From positions 1 to 38,640 of the forward strand of contig JAYWAI010000156.1 in assembly GCA_043782545.1 (NCBI GenBank): 38,640 nucleotides of DNA, in the 5' to 3' direction. Numbering within the stretch: the stretch's first letter is position 1; every line of letters starts with the position of its first letter. Under the pieces are notes generated by a model. The model was given only the letters and a program-made list of their open reading frames with translations, did no database searches and had not been told where the DNA came from. Both the position numbers and the translations under genes were made by a program. The stretch is from Acidimicrobiia bacterium. Its GTDB lineage: Bacteria; Actinomycetota; Acidimicrobiia; Acidimicrobiales; JBBRKR01. Positions 34,591 through 38,640 of the stretch are shown here, piece by piece.

Positions 34591-34911
34591 ATGATCACCC
34601 TCACAGAACCAGCCGCCAACAAGGTCGCCGAGCTCGTTAAAGCCGAAGGCGACATGTCATTGGCGCTCCGCGTTGCCGTTCGCCCCGGCGGATGCTCTGG
34701 TTACAGCTACGAAATGTTCTTCGATTCCGACGTGGCCGCTGACGACATTGCGACCACGTATGGCGATGTGCGCGTGATCGTTGATCCAGCGAGCGCAGCC
34801 CTTTTGACGGGCGCCACGCTCGACTACAAAGACGCTTTGCAAGGCGGCGGCTTCAACATCAACAACCCCAGCGCCACTAAGACGTGCGGCTGCGGCCAAA
34901 GCTTTTCCTGA
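34591..34911 (+). CDS. HesB/IscA/ErpA-family Fe-S cluster insertion protein
   Basis: MITLTEPAANKV.., GGCSGYSY, and C-terminal CGCGQSF signature. GAAGGAG lies 6 nt upstream of ATG 34591. Confidence 0.93.
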   Translation: MITLTEPAANKVAELVKAEGDMSLALRVAVRPGGCSGYSYEMFFDSDVAADDIATTYGDVRVIVDPASAALLTGATLDYKDALQGGGFNINNPSATKTCGCGQSFS

Positions 34912-34949
34912 CCCATAGGTCTCGCTCCCCTCGCCTATCTTGAGGGGCC

Positions 34950-37658
34950 GTGGAGCAACCGCACGTGCCGTCGTCGACTGCCAGCGAATCGACCCTCATT
35001 GGTCGTAGCGCGGAACTTGGGCAGATTGCGTTGGCAATAGCCGACCCCGTAGCGCACGGTGTGGCTCTCGTGGGTGCCGCTGGATTGGGGAAATCCCGCC
35101 TTGCTTTTGAGTGCATGGCGCTCGGCGAACGCGCTGGCTTCGCGGTTGTCCAGGCTGTTGCGACACCTGCGGCCAAGCAAATAACTCTCGGAGCCTTGAG
35201 TCATTTGTTGCCCCCGCGCACCGCCGCGGCTGATCCGCTTGATGGATTGCACAGCGACTTGCAGCCGGCACACATGTTGTCGTTGGTGCAATCCGGCTTA
35301 ACGAGCCGGGCCCAGGGTCGACCGCTCATGCTCGTCGTGGACGATGCCCACCATCTTGACGCTGCTTCGGCCCATCTCATTCACCAACTCGCCGCGACTG
35401 ACTCGGCCTTCGTGGTATTCACGCTCCGGGTGGGTGAGGAGTTTCCGCTGGCAATTTCATCCATGTGGAAAGACCAATTGGTGCGCCGCATCGACGTCGG
35501 CGACCTGGCCGACAACCACATCGTGGAGCTTGCTGAGTTTCACCTGTCGGGCCCGTTGGGCAGCGACACGGCACGGGCGATCGTGAAGGCCGCGCGGGGC
35601 AATGCGCTATTCGCTCGAGAGCTTGCGCTGGGCGCTCGGGAATCCGGCGCACTGACTCGTTCGTCGAATGGCGAATGGGCCGTGAACGGTTCCCTCGGTC
35701 ACACGCCTCGTTTGCGTGACCTCGTGGAGTCTCGTTTGGTTGGCCTCGATGCCGAACAGCGACGGGTGCTCGACCTGATTGCCCTCACGGAGCCGATCGG
35801 CGCTGAATTCATACAAGAAATATTTTCGCTCGATGTATTGGCGACGCTCGAACAACGCGGCCTGATCATGGTGCAGCAAGATCACCAGCGACTCGACGTA
35901 CGAATGACGCACCCCTTGTATGCCGAATCACTCGCCGGTAGTGCTTGGACACTGCGTCGCCGAGCTGATGTTAAGGCACTGACTGTTTTGGTGCGAAAGG
36001 CCGGTGCTCGCCGTGCCAGCGATGCGATCCGCGTGGCGAGCTGGGAACTTGAGGCCACGGGCAGGGCAGATCCCGATGTGCTCGTACGTGCTTGTCTCGG
36101 CGCTCACTATTCAGCCGATGATCGTTTGGCCGAGAGACTGAGTCGAGCGGGAATTGCTCAACTTGAACCGGGAGATCTACGCCTCTGGCAATTTCAATTT
36201 GTGCTGGGCGCCACGCTGGCCCGGACAGGAAACTATCGAGCCGCCGAACCAATTTTGATTGCTGCGTTGAGCTCGTGTGGGTCGGCTGACGCGCGGGTGC
36301 GAATACGGCTCAGCATGGCCGCTGGGGTAGCGGAATGCGATGGCAACACAGTTCGTGCGGTCGAACTCTTCGATTCGATTCAGCGAGATGCGCTCGGTGT
36401 GTCTCCAGAATTGTTGGTCGACGCGGCGTTGCTCAAGGCAGTGCTCCTAGCCGATTCCGGCTACCCCGTTGACGCGCTGGCGATCTTGGAGGAAACCTCG
36501 GAAGAGTTTGATTCGCCGTCTTTGGTAGTGATGCGGTCGCTCGCAATGGCGGCGTCATTGTTGGCTGTGGGGCGATGTGTCGATGGGCTCAGAGCGGCCG
36601 ACAAGGGTTTACACGACCACCTTGCCTTCGGCGACGTGTCCATGGCGTATCACCCCGCGAGCCATTTCCTGTACCGCATCAACGGCCTGCTCGAAGATGG
36701 ACGGTGTGCCGATGCGTGGCGCGACGCTGAGTGGCTCTACAACTTTGGCGTTGAAAATGATCGCAACCTGTCGAAGTCTGGCGGAGCGATTCTGAAAGCC
36801 AGAATCGCGTTGCGGCAAGGTCGAGCGGCGACGGCGATCACCTGGAGCGAGCAAGCTTTGCAACACTCTGGCGAGTTGAAATCGACTGGCCATGGGCGTT
36901 GGGCCTTGGCCGCATGCTCTGCGGCGCATGCTTTGAGAGGCGACATAGAACGAGCCAGGGAACTGCTCAAGGCAATCGAGGAGCAAGGTGGGGTGAGCTG
37001 GTTCATTGGCGAACCTGAGCTGATCCTGGCGCGACTGTGGATTCATCGAGCTATGGGTCGACACGACAGTGCCCTCGAGTATCTCGGTCACGTGATCGAC
37101 CAGGTCCACAATCGAGGCTGCTACCAACTCGAAGGTTTGTTACTCCTCGAAGCGCAGCGCATTGTCGCTACTGCGGATCGGGCCCAACGGCTGGCCGAGT
37201 TGGCGGCTCTATCGCAAGGTCGCATGATTGCTGCGGCATCTCACACCGCGACAGGACTGGCGAAAAAAGACGGCGTCATGCTGGATCGCGCCGCTGAGTT
37301 ATGGGCGCAGTGCGAGTCATGGCTCAACGCTGCTGAGGCGTCGTCGAAAGCCGCTGACATGCACCGCAAAGCCGGGGACCAGCGACGAGCAACCGCGAGT
37401 ACCAATGCCACGGCACCGTGGTTGGCCCTCACAGAAGGGGCGATGAGCTCCGATGCGCTCGTGCTGGACGCCCACACGCCATTGACTGCTAGAGAGCGAG
37501 AAATCGCGCTACGAGCGGCCAGTGGAGCATCAAGTAAATCGATTGCTGCGGAACTTTTTCTGTCCGCTCGGACGGTCGATAATCATTTGCAGCGGATCTA
37601 CACCAAGCTCGGTGTGGTCGGGCGCGACGAGCTCGGGAGCCGCATCGGCGTCACGTAG
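34950..37658 (+). CDS. Large ATP-binding LuxR-family regulator (LAL/MalT-like STAND: P-loop NTPase, helical/TPR-like sensor region, C-terminal LuxR HTH)
   Basis: Walker A GAAGLGKSRLA, Walker B LMLVVDDAHHLD. C-terminal LTAREREIALRAASGASSKSIAAELFLSARTVDNHLQRIYTKLGV. Start is either GTG 34950 (TATCTT 8 nt upstream) or GTG 34965 (GGAG 9 nt upstream). Confidence 0.88.
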   Translation: MEQPHVPSSTASESTLIGRSAELGQIALAIADPVAHGVALVGAAGLGKSRLAFECMALGERAGFAVVQAVATPAAKQITLGALSHLLPPRTAAADPLDGLHSDLQPAHMLSLVQSGLTSRAQGRPLMLVVDDAHHLDAASAHLIHQLAATDSAFVVFTLRVGEEFPLAISSMWKDQLVRRIDVGDLADNHIVELAEFHLSGPLGSDTARAIVKAARGNALFARELALGARESGALTRSSNGEWAVNGSLGHTPRLRDLVESRLVGLDAEQRRVLDLIALTEPIGAEFIQEIFSLDVLATLEQRGLIMVQQDHQRLDVRMTHPLYAESLAGSAWTLRRRADVKALTVLVRKAGARRASDAIRVASWELEATGRADPDVLVRACLGAHYSADDRLAERLSRAGIAQLEPGDLRLWQFQFVLGATLARTGNYRAAEPILIAALSSCGSADARVRIRLSMAAGVAECDGNTVRAVELFDSIQRDALGVSPELLVDAALLKAVLLADSGYPVDALAILEETSEEFDSPSLVVMRSLAMAASLLAVGRCVDGLRAADKGLHDHLAFGDVSMAYHPASHFLYRINGLLEDGRCADAWRDAEWLYNFGVENDRNLSKSGGAILKARIALRQGRAATAITWSEQALQHSGELKSTGHGRWALAACSAAHALRGDIERARELLKAIEEQGGVSWFIGEPELILARLWIHRAMGRHDSALEYLGHVIDQVHNRGCYQLEGLLLLEAQRIVATADRAQRLAELAALSQGRMIAAASHTATGLAKKDGVMLDRAAELWAQCESWLNAAEASSKAADMHRKAGDQRRATASTNATAPWLALTEGAMSSDALVLDAHTPLTAREREIALRAASGASSKSIAAELFLSARTVDNHLQRIYTKLGVVGRDELGSRIGVT

Positions 37659-37791
37659 CTCGCGAGTTATGGGCCGTTGCCCAATGAGCAGAGCGAATCG
37701 GCGAGCAGCGTTCGTCCGGCTAGTTGACGTTGGCGTCGAATCATCAGCTTCGTTCATGTCATCAGTAAACGACACCGACGCGTGTCTCATC

Positions 37792-37810
37792 ATGAGTAAC
37801 AGTTACTCAT
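37792..37810. promoter_or_regulatory. Perfect 19-bp AT-rich palindrome ATGAGTAAC-A-GTTACTCAT (candidate LuxR-type box)
   Basis: Read directly from the sequence. It lies between the LuxR-family gene and the lipoprotein gene. It abuts a possible -35 TTACTT (37810-37815), followed after 16 nt by GATAGT (37832-37837). That would centre the palindrome near -43. Confidence 0.5.
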
Positions 37811-37886
37811 TACTTTTGGATTTTTCTGGTCGATAGTGATGTGGTGCCGGCGACGGGTCGGCGCGTAGACCGTTCTGGAGAACATC

Positions 37887-38640
37887 ATGAATCGACCAAG
37901 CCGAACTTGTTTGACGCTGGCAGCAACCTCGCTGGCCGCTCTCGTCGTGGCGTCGGGTTGTAGTAGCTCAGCAAAGGCTGCTTCGGCCACTACAACAACG
38001 GTGGCAACTACCACCACACAGGCCACCACGACCACGCTGGCCGCGCTCAGCCACGATGAATTGGCCATCAAGGTCAACGGGATTTGCCGGGACGTAAAGA
38101 CCGAGATGGACAAGGTCACTGCCCCGACTTCGTTTGCTGAAGCAGAAGTCGCCATTCCGAAATTCTTAGCCCCTTCCACCAAAGGTCAAAGTGACATCGA
38201 GGCCCTGGTGGCGCCGGCAGCCGACAAGGCCACAATTGCCGACTTGGTTTCAGATCTCAAGACGTCGAACGCCTCGTTGAAGGCGGCTTTGGCTGCGGCA
38301 AAATCGCAAGACCAAACCGTGCTTGACGCGTCGATGGCGGCCTACCAAACAGGCGTGGATTCCTTCGGTACAAAGGCCGCCGCGGCTGGGTTTGCCGACT
38401 GTGCTTCTGCGGTAGCCAATAGCGGTGACCTCGGCGTCAACTCTTCGACTTCAGCCGTGGCCGGTGCGCTCGTGCCCACCGACGTTACCGCCACGGCCCC
38501 GGCCGTTGCGGGCTATGAATACTCGGCATTGCAAGCCAGCTTGGTGGCCCAATTACAGAAGCAGATCGATGCAGTAGCGATCCTCAAGGGCCATGTGCGG
38601 AACCTGGGCACCACCATCGCCCAATCCGCAAACGGCGAGA
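37887..38640 (+). CDS. Lipoprotein (hypothetical); 3' end lies outside the window
   Basis: It is absent from the ORF track because no stop is reached. ATG 37887 has GGAG 6 nt upstream. Signal peptide with lipobox LVVASGC, then the Thr-rich linker TTTTVATTTTQATTTT. I translated all 251 codons to nt 38639 and found no stop. The listed minus-strand ORF 37790-38182 is its antisense shadow. Confidence 0.8.
   Translation, partial: MNRPSRTCLTLAATSLAALVVASGCSSSAKAASATTTTVATTTTQATTTTLAALSHDELAIKVNGICRDVKTEMDKVTAPTSFAEAEVAIPKFLAPSTKGQSDIEALVAPAADKATIADLVSDLKTSNASLKAALAAAKSQDQTVLDASMAAYQTGVDSFGTKAAAAGFADCASAVANSGDLGVNSSTSAVAGALVPTDVTATAPAVAGYEYSALQASLVAQLQKQIDAVAILKGHVRNLGTTIAQSANGE

Noticed and set aside
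37790-38182. 130-aa minus-strand ORF listed in the ORF track.
   Set aside because: It is antisense to an open-ended plus-strand lipoprotein gene (37887 to the window end) that has an SD, a lipobox and no stop. The VVVVA runs in the minus ORF mirror the Thr codons of the plus frame.

Overview
GC-rich actinobacterial chromosomal segment. An Acidimicrobiia-like origin is my inference from gene content and the Thr-rich linkers in secreted proteins. It is densely packed with about 36 protein genes and one tRNA. I see no transposase, integrase, CRISPR array, rRNA or prophage signal.

Gene order, left to right:
- 3' part of a giant cell-surface repeat protein ending in a 6x42-aa propeller-like repeat
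- EamA transporter, Thr-rich anchored protein, membrane cyclophilin (minus strand)
- Aspartate kinase (ask) and aspartate-semialdehyde dehydrogenase (asd), split by an opposite-strand MacB/FtsX-type ABC exporter
- MazG-like and MOSC genes, divergent
- Minus-strand operon: ArsA/Get3-like ATPase pair (BagA/BagB-like), orphan receiver domain, tRNA-Pro(CGG), CGFS mycoredoxin-like protein
- NfeD, then WhiB
- selB and selA
- NUDIX and MBL-fold hydrolases
- Carbohydrate locus: GH13 alpha-glucosidase, amylosucrase (GH13_4-like), DUF4032 kinase-fold protein, LacI regulator, MsiK-like ATPase, binding protein, two permeases
- Mrp/ApbC and HesB/IscA Fe-S carriers
- A 900-aa LuxR (LAL/STAND) regulator
- 5' part of a lipoprotein gene that runs off the window (missing from the ORF track because it has no stop)

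Best candidates for something undescribed:
1. The amylosucrase gene is translationally coupled to a Kdo/RIO-type kinase-fold DUF4032 gene. The unit sits in a LacI/ABC sugar locus whose two divergent promoter regions share a repeated CGTGGAA motif. A possible 27-codon leader ORF is stop-start coupled to the amylosucrase gene.
2. The conserved ArsA-pair/WhiB neighbourhood is extended here by an orphan receiver domain, an operon-embedded tRNA and a monothiol CGFS mycoredoxin.
3. There is a consistent leaderless architecture. It includes two 22-23 bp bidirectional promoters whose opposite-strand -10 boxes share one TA dinucleotide. Four convergent gene pairs also have overlapping stop codons.
4. 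The C-terminal 42-residue repeat does not match any repeat family I recognise.

All functional calls rest on reading motifs in the translated ORFs. No database search was run.
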